From Candidatus Bipolaricaulia bacterium (GTDB lineage Bacteria; Bipolaricaulota; Bipolaricaulia; JBHIAT01), in assembly GCA_046758705.1 (NCBI GenBank), contig JBHIAT010000100.1, positions 1 to 13,342 on the forward strand: a DNA stretch of 13,342 nt. The letters run 5' to 3'. Numbering within the stretch: position 1 is the first letter of the stretch; each line of letters opens with the position of its first letter. Of this stretch, positions 1-7,450 are shown in pieces. The notes under the pieces were generated by a model, which saw only the letters and a list, made by a program, of their open reading frames with translations, had not been told where the DNA came from and did no database searches. Both the position numbers and the translations under genes were made by a program.

Positions 1-334
1 GCCTCAAGTTGAAGGTGATCGTCCGATTGTCCGGGGAGATCTCCCAGCTCTTGGCCAGTCCCGGCTCCACCGCCGCCGTCACCGGGCTGATGTCGATCAG
101 GCCGGCGTGCATCAGACCGGTAATGTTTGTAGAGCTGGTCTCCTGGGCGATGAGATCGTTCAACGTCTTGGGCCCCTCGCCGATCGTTCCGATGACCAGT
201 CGACCGCCCGAGACGCCGGGCTCACTGATCTCCGGCGCCCCGACCACCTTAAGATCTTGAGCGACAGCCGAGGCCGACACCAACAGAAACGCCAACAGAA
301 AACTTAATCCGATAGCCAGATACCTTTGACTCAT
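1..334 (-). CDS. ABC transporter substrate-binding protein, family 5 (peptide/nickel, OppA/DppA-like); 5' part only, truncated by the window edge
   Basis: Manual translation from ATG 334: MSQRYLAIGLSFLLAFLLVSASAVAQDLKVVGAPEISEPGVSGGRLVIGTIGEGPKTLNDLIAQETSSTNITGLMHAGLIDISPVTAAVEPGLAKSWEISPDNRTITFNLR. It has a Sec signal peptide (AVA|Q), GG-x-L, PKTLN and the SBP-5 signature P-x-LA-x-SWE-x-S-x-D-x-x-T-x-TF-x-LR. AGGAGGT SD at 344-350. Absent from the ORF track because there is no stop inside the window. Confidence 0.9.
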   Translation of the reverse strand, partial: MSQRYLAIGLSFLLAFLLVSASAVAQDLKVVGAPEISEPGVSGGRLVIGTIGEGPKTLNDLIAQETSSTNITGLMHAGLIDISPVTAAVEPGLAKSWEISPDNRTITFNLR

Positions 335-450
335 CTCATGTCCACCTCCTCGTGGATCTTGTGAGGTTGAAAAGTATTTAAGGCACCTTTAGGGGGCACC
401 CACCACCGCCATTCCATCTACAGGTTCTGACCAATCTTCCTCAAAAATAG

Positions 451-480
451 AAGATACCACACCGATCTTCCCTCTGTCAA
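451..480 (-). promoter_or_regulatory. Putative sigma70-type promoter for the SBP gene
   Basis: Minus strand reads TTGACA (480-475), an 18-nt spacer ending in TG-g (extended -10), then TATCTT (456-451). Implies a leader of about 110 nt. Confidence 0.6.
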
Positions 481-756
481 GTGACTGGAGATTATCCGGA
501 TGTATGTAAACACCCGAAGGTCGTTACGTTTATACCCCGTATCGTTGGTCATGCGGAACGGTCGGAGAGGGGCTCGTGTCTTGGTAGGGCTGAACTCTGC
601 CTTCGTGGGCACAATTAAAGTAGAACTTTATCACCATGCAGAGCTACCAAACACCAAGCCCGTATCCATTGGTGAGTTCATCCAGAAAACCCATGAATTC
701 TGCAGACCAGTTATGACAACTTTCGTATAACCAAGCGCGAATTCAGGAGGTCGATC

Positions 757-2085
757 ATGTTGAAGGGACTGGGAAAACGAAGGTTGATGATGATGGTGCT
801 GTTGCTGGTGAGCTTGCCGGTCCTGCTCATCGGTTTATCAACCGTAGGGTCAACGGATGGGACGAGCACCATCAGACCGGTCAATCTACTCATTGCCTGG
901 GACACCTCCGGGTCGGTGGCAGGCGACAAGTGGGAGGCTATCCGCGCGGCCAGTTATCGGTTGATGGACAACCTGGAGCCAGGAGATCGGGTCGCCTTGT
1001 TGCACTTTGACACTTATGCCTACGTCCTGACGTCTGAACCGATCAAAATACGGGGCGCGGAGGAAAAAACCAAGATCCGAGAGGTCTTCGATTCACTCAC
1101 CCCCGACGGCCAGTGGACGTTTTTCAACGGGCTGTTTGAGGCAATCGAACTCTATGAGGCTGAACACGGGCCGTTTTCGACCATCTTGCTCACCGACGGA
1201 CTCAGCGACCCCGGCCCGGGTCGAACCACGGACGATGAGCCCGGGCAGAAGGCCAATCAGGAGATCCCGATGGACGGAGTGCTGATCTATGTACTGGGGG
1301 AGGATGAGCAGTTGCCGCAGGTACTTGAAGCCCGTTCGGACTCAGGGGCCCAGCTTGAAGGTTCTGGGAGTGTCCTCAGCATCCCAGTTGAAAAGAACGA
1401 TCAGCTCGTGGAGCTCCTGCGTCAAAATACCAAGGTGATGCAGTCCAGCTTCGAGGAGGAGGAGGAGGCAACCCGTCCCGTACCCGGAGTTGAAGCCAAA
1501 TCTTCGGCTCCCAATGCCACCGATGGGGATCGGACTGAGGGTCCCAGTCTCATGCGGTCGATCCTCAACGAGGCCAAGGAAGGATCTTTGGCGTTCTGGC
1601 AGTGGATGAGAGATCACTCCCGCCTGTTCGTGGCTCTAGGGATCGTCGCAGCGCTCATACCGGCTGGGACGGTCCTCTCCCGACGGTGGAGACAGGCGGT
1701 GGAAGAGTTGGAGAAGGAGATAGGAGATCTTGAGCTTGAGGAGGATCTGGATGATCAGATCTTTCTCCACATCAAGGTTGATGGGATGCAGTATCGTTAT
1801 GAGATCTGGGAGAGAGAATGGCAACCCATCGGGCCGAACGAGGAGATCCCCGTCCCTGAGCTGGACAAGATGATCGCTGAGGTCCGGGGGATTGAGGATT
1901 CAAGGGTTCAACTCAACCCCCTCACCTTCGGCATCCGGGTCAACAGCAATGAACTCGATCCGGAGCAGGTAGCCACGCTGATGCCCGGCGATGTCATCCG
2001 TTACCAGGATCTCCAGATGACCGTTGAGTTAGGAGAGCACGACGATCGGCCCGAGGAGGAACCCTCCGCGGATGAGGAGGTATAA
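757..2085 (+). CDS. Membrane protein: N-terminal signal/anchor, vWA domain, TM helix, degenerate FHA-like cytoplasmic domain
   Basis: AGGAGG SD just upstream. Basic plus hydrophobic N-terminus (KRRLMMMVLLLVSLPVLLIGL). Full MIDAS: D49-T-S51-G-S53, T121 (GQWT), D147 (LLTDG), plus GDRVALLHF. TM aa 290-308 followed by RRWR. C-terminal GIRVN...LMPGDVI pattern typical of the FHA C-terminal strands. Confidence 0.85.
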   Translation: MLKGLGKRRLMMMVLLLVSLPVLLIGLSTVGSTDGTSTIRPVNLLIAWDTSGSVAGDKWEAIRAASYRLMDNLEPGDRVALLHFDTYAYVLTSEPIKIRGAEEKTKIREVFDSLTPDGQWTFFNGLFEAIELYEAEHGPFSTILLTDGLSDPGPGRTTDDEPGQKANQEIPMDGVLIYVLGEDEQLPQVLEARSDSGAQLEGSGSVLSIPVEKNDQLVELLRQNTKVMQSSFEEEEEATRPVPGVEAKSSAPNATDGDRTEGPSLMRSILNEAKEGSLAFWQWMRDHSRLFVALGIVAALIPAGTVLSRRWRQAVEELEKEIGDLELEEDLDDQIFLHIKVDGMQYRYEIWEREWQPIGPNEEIPVPELDKMIAEVRGIEDSRVQLNPLTFGIRVNSNELDPEQVATLMPGDVIRYQDLQMTVELGEHDDRPEEEPSADEEV

Positions 2086-2093
2086 CGGTTAAC

Positions 2094-4835
2094 ATGGTCA
2101 CGCGAAGCTTAACACCGATTCAGATTGTCCGAAAGGCCCTTCTGATCTTTGTCGGGGGTTCAGGACAGGAGGTGGCCCACCGGCTCCTGATGAGAGGGGC
2201 GTTCAATTCGATCACGACCACGATCGTCGTGATCGATACCGATCTGACCTACCCAGAGTTGGCCCCCTACTTCATCAAGTTGGACAAAGTGCGAGCCAGG
2301 CTGGTCAAAGCGCATCCCGAGGAGTATCCGCACTTCGCCGATTATCTTGATCTGGAAGGGATACCTGACATCGGGAAGAAGCCCGGAACTGGACAGATCG
2401 GATCTCAGGGACTCTTGCTGACTCTAGCGACCGTGCCAGCCATCCGGAAGGGGCTCGATGAGGCGATCCGAAAGCTTGTGGATCCGAAGCTTCGAAATCG
2501 AGCGGCAGAGGCCGGTCTGGAACTGGTTGAGGAGGAGAAGATCTACTGTCTGATCTTTCGGTCATCCGCCGGCGGCACAGGAAGCGGTTCGAGAAGCGTG
2601 ATCATCTCGCTGGCCGACGAGCGGCTGACCGAGGAGCTTGGAGACAGCAACAACTTCGATATTGTCGACGTCGTCCTCGCGCGCAACGTCTTTGAGCACT
2701 CGACGAACATCGACAAGAGGAAGGCGAGGATCAATGAGGCGGCATTCCTGGTGGATAAGCTGTACAATCACAGGTTGACAGAGGGCTCGAGGATGATCGA
2801 GGTAGAGCTGGCCACTGAAAATACCGAAGATCGGGGGATCCGGATGGGGGTGGGGCCCGACATGACCTTCTGGGTGATGGACTGCAACTCCACCCAGCTG
2901 AAGGAAAAGCCAGCGGTCCATTTGACCCTTAGCGACTGTTATGAAATGATGACCAATCTGGCCTGCCTCTATATCGATGGCGAGATGATCCCTCAGTTCG
3001 ACGCCCGGTTGGCCAACCTGATCGAACAGCAGGGATATATCGAGGAGGTCCGGGGGCAACCGGCGATCTTGAGTGGATTTGCTTACGTCGAAGTCGTCTA
3101 CAATTCGGAGCTCCTGTTCCGGTACATGACCGCCGAATTCGGTCTGGATGTTCTGGCTGACATCGTGGGGAATACTGTTGATGGAGATGAAGATGTGACG
3201 GCAGCCGCGGTGAAGGTGGAGATGAACCGGGCGGATGAGGCACTCAAGGCAGCGGCCCAGAGAGCGATCGAAGCTCTGGAACGGACGGAATCTCGCTACA
3301 TCGGGAAGATGGTGGACAGAGCCGCGAGACAGATCAAAAAGTCGGCTCTGCGGGCGGGAAACGCCTTCAACAATGCGATCAAGAGTGCCAAGATCCAGCT
3401 CGAAAAGGTGAAGACCGACGTGTTGGAGGAGGTCCGACAGGAGATCCATGCGGAGTTGATGAAGCAGTCCATCAACCACGGGAGGAGGTCGATCGAGGAG
3501 CTGATGATCGGGTGTGACTCCCTTGTTTCCTGTGCGGATGAGCAATTGAAGCGCATTGAGAAGAGACGCAAACGGACTGAGAGGGAGCTTACACCGCTAC
3601 GGGCCAGGGTCCTCCATGAGACCGTCGGATTGCTAAAGCGGCTGATCATGGCGGTGAGGTACCGCAGACAACAGCGAATGGAGGCCCAGCTGTACCTCTC
3701 AAAACTGAGAGAGGTGAGCGCCCTGAGGATCACGGAAGCCCAAGCAAGCGAGTCGAAGGACGCAGCGAGACGGCTTAAGAGGATTCTGGAGGAGGGGCTT
3801 GCCGGTCTCGACGGTGAGGAGAAGTGGCACGCTCAGGCTCGGGCGATTCTAGCGGGGGAGAAGCGGAAGACTGTAACGGACCTTATGGGAAGGGCCTACG
3901 ATCAGGATTGCCGACCACTCGCCAAGATCGCCATGGAGTTAGAGGGCGGCATGGCCAACAACACCGACCGTATCCGGAAGATCGCCTGGGAGATCAGAGA
4001 AAGCTCGGCATCCAAATCCCTTCCCCCCAGTGAGGTGATGGTGTACCTCGAGGGATACGCCGAGGAACTCTTCGGCCATATCAGGGAGGAGACGGTTATC
4101 GACCGGTTGAAGGAGCTTCGGACCGAGCGAGGTAAGGTCGTCGCTTCCTATATCGATGAGCTGATCCAAGGGCCGGCGTCACCCTTTATCCAGCTCAATG
4201 ACAAGCTTTTCGATGAGGCTCCCCCGATGATCTCAATCATCGGCGCCCCTGAGACAGGGGGACGTGACCTGAAGATGAAGGATGAGCTCGTGATCCATCA
4301 CCAAAAGGATCGGGTGAAGATCCTGACCGTTATCCCATGGATCCCGCCGTTTGCACTCTTCGGGATCACGAAGGATTTCAACGCGCTCAGGCGGGTAAAG
4401 GACGGTCATGATGACTGGTTTGGCGAGCGGAACTGGCTGGAGACCTATCAGATCGATGGAGCCGGGCAGCTGCCTGTCAGGCGATTTGTGACCGACAATG
4501 GCCTTGTCCTGGGGCTCGCCGCCGGCGTTCTGAACAAGCAAAGCGGAGGGTGGTACAAATTCGACGGAAAGACGATCAATGGCCTGCAAAACCTGAGAAG
4601 AGAGCTGCAGAAGAACGAGCAGTTGCAACAAAGAATTGAGCAGTACTGGATAGCGCTTTTCCAGCAGAGGGGGAAGGAGGGTGTCATCGCCCATCTCGAA
4701 GTGGCAAAGGCAAAGAGCCTCAATGGGACGTTGGCATTCTCCGAAAGGATTGACGAGATCGTGACGAAGCTCCGCAACGAGCCCAGCGACGGGAGGGTAT
4801 TGAGCCGAGACCGGCTTTTGAAACTGCTCTTCTGA
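2094..4835 (+). CDS. Tubulin/FtsZ-like GTPase-domain protein (FtsZl1 / Tubulin_2 type) with long helical C-terminal extension
   Basis: Ordered tubulin-fold loops: LLIFVGGSG (T1, aa 16-24), VVIDTD (T2), GTGQ (T3, aa 98-101), SSAGGTGSG (T4 signature, aa 157-165), RINEAAF (T6-like). About 550 further aa, rich in E/K/R/A and probably helical or coiled-coil. Starts 8 bp after the vWA gene stop. Too long and divergent for canonical FtsZ. Confidence 0.85.
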   Translation: MVTRSLTPIQIVRKALLIFVGGSGQEVAHRLLMRGAFNSITTTIVVIDTDLTYPELAPYFIKLDKVRARLVKAHPEEYPHFADYLDLEGIPDIGKKPGTGQIGSQGLLLTLATVPAIRKGLDEAIRKLVDPKLRNRAAEAGLELVEEEKIYCLIFRSSAGGTGSGSRSVIISLADERLTEELGDSNNFDIVDVVLARNVFEHSTNIDKRKARINEAAFLVDKLYNHRLTEGSRMIEVELATENTEDRGIRMGVGPDMTFWVMDCNSTQLKEKPAVHLTLSDCYEMMTNLACLYIDGEMIPQFDARLANLIEQQGYIEEVRGQPAILSGFAYVEVVYNSELLFRYMTAEFGLDVLADIVGNTVDGDEDVTAAAVKVEMNRADEALKAAAQRAIEALERTESRYIGKMVDRAARQIKKSALRAGNAFNNAIKSAKIQLEKVKTDVLEEVRQEIHAELMKQSINHGRRSIEELMIGCDSLVSCADEQLKRIEKRRKRTERELTPLRARVLHETVGLLKRLIMAVRYRRQQRMEAQLYLSKLREVSALRITEAQASESKDAARRLKRILEEGLAGLDGEEKWHAQARAILAGEKRKTVTDLMGRAYDQDCRPLAKIAMELEGGMANNTDRIRKIAWEIRESSASKSLPPSEVMVYLEGYAEELFGHIREETVIDRLKELRTERGKVVASYIDELIQGPASPFIQLNDKLFDEAPPMISIIGAPETGGRDLKMKDELVIHHQKDRVKILTVIPWIPPFALFGITKDFNALRRVKDGHDDWFGERNWLETYQIDGAGQLPVRRFVTDNGLVLGLAAGVLNKQSGGWYKFDGKTINGLQNLRRELQKNEQLQQRIEQYWIALFQQRGKEGVIAHLEVAKAKSLNGTLAFSERIDEIVTKLRNEPSDGRVLSRDRLLKLLF

Positions 4836-4915
4836 ATATTTAATCAGCTCAAGAAAGCGCCAGAAACCGCTTAGCTCAACGATATTTACTCTCAAGTCCT
4901 TCTGAGAGTCCAACC

Positions 4916-4961
4916 TGAAGTTGCGTCCCCCCAAAACATAATCTATATAATTGAAGTTGCG
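4916..4961 (+). promoter_or_regulatory. Putative promoter region for the dhaKL-aldolase operon, with a 10-bp direct repeat
   Basis: TTGCGT at 4921-4926 and TATAAT at 4946-4951 (19-nt spacer, suboptimal). TGAAGTTGCG occurs at 4916-4925 and 4952-4961. Confidence 0.35.
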
Positions 4962-5013
4962 ATGAGGACGCTCCATTGGACACGAGTATGAGTAACAAAC
5001 GGGGGTGAGGTTT

Positions 5014-6015
5014 GTGAAAAAACTGATGAACGCACCTGAGCGGTTTGTCGACGAAATGTTGGAGGGATTGCTACTCGCCCACCCTGATCAGATCAGATCG
5101 GTTCGATCAGATAATCGGGCGCTGATACGGGCAGATGCTCCGCAGACGGGTAAGGTCGGGATCGTCACCGGAGGAGGGTCCGGTCACCTCCCTGTCTTCC
5201 TCGGCTATGTCGGAAAGGGATTGGCCGGCGGCGTCGCGGTCGGCAATGTCTTCTCGTCACCGAGTTCCGAACAGATTCTCGATGCGACACGCGCGGTTCA
5301 CGGTGAAGCAGGCGTTCTCTACCTTTATGGCAACTATAGCGGAGATGTTCTGAACTTCGATATGGCGGCTGAGCTGGGCGAGCTGGAGGGGATAGAAACG
5401 GAGACGGTGCTCGTCTCCGATGATGTGGCCTCCGCCCCCAGATCGGAATGGCAAAAACGCCGTGGGGTGGCCGGGTTGTTTTACGCTTATAAGGTCAGCG
5501 GGGCGTGCGCGGAGACGGGCGCGGATCTAGACGCCGTCGTTGCTGTGGCGCGTAAGGTCGTCCGTCGAACCGCCAGCATGGGCGTGGCCCTTACACCCTG
5601 CACGATCCCGACCGTCGGGAAACCGACCTTTACCATTGGGGCGGACGAAATGGAGGTCGGCATGGGGATACACGGAGAACCTGGTGTCCGACGAGGCACG
5701 CTTGAGCCGGCAGACCAAGTGACAGAGCACCTCGTCGAGGCAATCGCTGATGATCTGAAGCTGAAAAGCAGCGATGAGGTATCTGTGTTGGTCAACGGAT
5801 TGGGAGCAACACCGCGAGAGGAGCTCTATATCATTTATCGCAAAGTACACGAACTGTTGATGGATCGCGAAGTGCGCATTGGCCGCCGCTATATCGGGGA
5901 GTTTGCAACTTCCCTCGAGATGGCAGGTGCTTCCGTCTCTGTGCTCAAGCTGGATAACGAACTGAAGGAACTGCTCGACCGTCCTGCATTATCGCCGTTT
6001 TTTGTGCAGGGGTAA
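5014..6015 (+). CDS. dhaK: Dihydroxyacetone kinase family, substrate-binding subunit DhaK (Dak1 domain)
   Basis: Motifs GGGSGH-x-P, GNVFSSPS, NYSGDVLNF, RRGVAG, EVGMGIHGEPG, LVNGLGATP, TSLEMAG. Start moved to GTG 5014, which gives the canonical MKKLxNxPE N-terminus and has GGGGTGAGG upstream. Confidence 0.9.
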   Translation: MKKLMNAPERFVDEMLEGLLLAHPDQIRSVRSDNRALIRADAPQTGKVGIVTGGGSGHLPVFLGYVGKGLAGGVAVGNVFSSPSSEQILDATRAVHGEAGVLYLYGNYSGDVLNFDMAAELGELEGIETETVLVSDDVASAPRSEWQKRRGVAGLFYAYKVSGACAETGADLDAVVAVARKVVRRTASMGVALTPCTIPTVGKPTFTIGADEMEVGMGIHGEPGVRRGTLEPADQVTEHLVEAIADDLKLKSSDEVSVLVNGLGATPREELYIIYRKVHELLMDREVRIGRRYIGEFATSLEMAGASVSVLKLDNELKELLDRPALSPFFVQG

Positions 6016-6022
6016 AGTGTGT

Positions 6023-6679
6023 ATGGCTGGCCCTGACGTAATGAACGCTGACCACCTCAAACAGATGTTTCAATCGGTCGCTGACGCTTTAAGCGATCAA
6101 AGAGAGTACCTCGGCGAACTCGACGCCGTAGCCGGCGACGGAGATTTAGGCGTGACGATGTCGACCGGCTTTACGGCCGTTGCACAGGAATTTTCCGACT
6201 CGGAAGAGGACGATATCGGAAAGGTGTTACTGGCCGCGGCTCAAACCCTGAATCGGACCTCGCCGTCGACTATAGGAACGCTGTTTGCCACCGCGCTGCT
6301 CCGCGCCGGAAAGCAGGCGATGGGTAGAACCGAGGTGACAGCGCTCGACTGGGCCGACCTGATCGAGGCCGCAAGACAAGGCATCGAAGCGCGCGGCAAG
6401 GCAAAACAGGGAGATAAGACCGTACTTGATGCGCTGGTCCCCGCTGAGGAGGCGTGGAAGCGCATTGCCGCCTCCGGGGGCTCCCTCAGTGAGTGCGCCA
6501 AGGCGGCCCTCGAAGCTGCGCGGGAAGGTGTTGAGGCAACCCGTGCACTGACTCCGAAGATAGGCAGAGCAAGTTGGCTCAAGGAACAGAGCACTGGACA
6601 ACCTGATCCGGGTGCCGCGGCGTTAGTCGTCATCTTAGCGGGCGTTGTTGGCTACCTAGACAAGGAGGACATAATATGA
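6023..6679 (+). CDS. dhaL: Dihydroxyacetone kinase family, nucleotide-binding subunit DhaL (Dak2 domain)
   Basis: Motifs LDAVAGDGDLG, GDKTVLDAL, GRASWL, DPGA. Follows dhaK. Start is ATG 6023 or 6041. Confidence 0.9.
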   Translation: MAGPDVMNADHLKQMFQSVADALSDQREYLGELDAVAGDGDLGVTMSTGFTAVAQEFSDSEEDDIGKVLLAAAQTLNRTSPSTIGTLFATALLRAGKQAMGRTEVTALDWADLIEAARQGIEARGKAKQGDKTVLDALVPAEEAWKRIAASGGSLSECAKAALEAAREGVEATRALTPKIGRASWLKEQSTGQPDPGAAALVVILAGVVGYLDKEDII

Positions 6680-7443
6680 GCTCACCCAACAGAGTTAAAG
6701 AGGCACTTGAGGCCGGCAAGACGGTGATCGGCCCGTTCATGAAGCTGACCGATCCTGCCGCCGTTGAGATCATCGGCCATGCCGGATTCGATTTCGTGAT
6801 CATCGATGCCGAGCACGGGCCGATAAGCATGGAGTCCACCCAGAACATGGTGCGGGCCGCTCAGTGCGTCGGGATTACGCCGATCATCCGGGTGCGCGAT
6901 AATGACCCCACGTTGATCCTCCGGGCGCTGGACATCGGCGCCGGCGGCGTTGAGGTACCGCAGATCAACAAAAAGGCGGCGGCCGAGGCACTCGTTTCGG
7001 CGGCAAAGTTCGCACCGGAGGGTAGCCGGGGCGTATGCCGGTTCGTCCGTGCGGCACGCTACTCCGCGAGGCCGCGTGAGGCGTATTTCAAGGGTGCCAA
7101 CGTGGAAACCATAACCATCGCACACCTCGAAGGGATAGAGGCGATCGAGAATATGGAGGGCATCCTGTCGGTAGATGGGTTGGATGTGGCGTTTATCGGG
7201 CCCTATGACCTGTCTCAATCTATGGGCATACCGGGGAAGGTACAGGATCCGGCAGTGGTCTCGAAGATGGAAGAGGTTGTCCAGGCTGCGAAGCGACTGG
7301 GCAAAGTTGTGGGGACGTTCGTGGACGATGTACCCACAGCTAAGCGATGGCTGGCGGCGGGTGTGCAATACATCTCGTTCTCTGTGGATGTAGGCATTTT
7401 CTATGACGCGTGCGCCAGGGCGGTCGCAGAGTTGAGGAGCTGA
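6676..7443 (+). CDS. HpcH/HpaI (GarL/RhmA-like) class II pyruvate aldolase
   Basis: Motifs GFDFVIIDAEHG, IIRV, ALDIGAGG, PEGSRG, FIGPYDLS. AAGGAGG SD. ATGA overlap with the dhaL stop. Confidence 0.88.
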   Translation: MSSPNRVKEALEAGKTVIGPFMKLTDPAAVEIIGHAGFDFVIIDAEHGPISMESTQNMVRAAQCVGITPIIRVRDNDPTLILRALDIGAGGVEVPQINKKAAAEALVSAAKFAPEGSRGVCRFVRAARYSARPREAYFKGANVETITIAHLEGIEAIENMEGILSVDGLDVAFIGPYDLSQSMGIPGKVQDPAVVSKMEEVVQAAKRLGKVVGTFVDDVPTAKRWLAAGVQYISFSVDVGIFYDACARAVAELRS

Positions 7444-7450
7444 CGGGCCG

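Noticed and set aside
500-730. 76-aa ORF upstream of the vWA gene as a third module gene
   Set aside because: A GGAG lies upstream, but there is no recognisable motif and it occupies the divergent promoter region. It cannot be supported without a homology search, though it is not excluded.
335-756. Riboswitch or ncRNA in the long intergenic region
   Set aside because: Only short inverted repeats are present (e.g. TAAAGT-aga-ACTTTA at 616-630, ACC-CGAA-GGT), and no family consensus that I recognise. An Rfam scan would decide.
2094-4835. Calling the GTPase canonical FtsZ, TubZ or PhuZ
   Set aside because: It is 913 aa, has no recognisable FtsZ T7 (NxDFAD) motif or C-terminal peptide, and has no dcw, plasmid or phage context.
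2562-4976. Long minus-strand ORFs 2562-3545 and 4233-4976
   Set aside because: Codon-aligned antisense shadows of the tubulin-like gene with no motifs.
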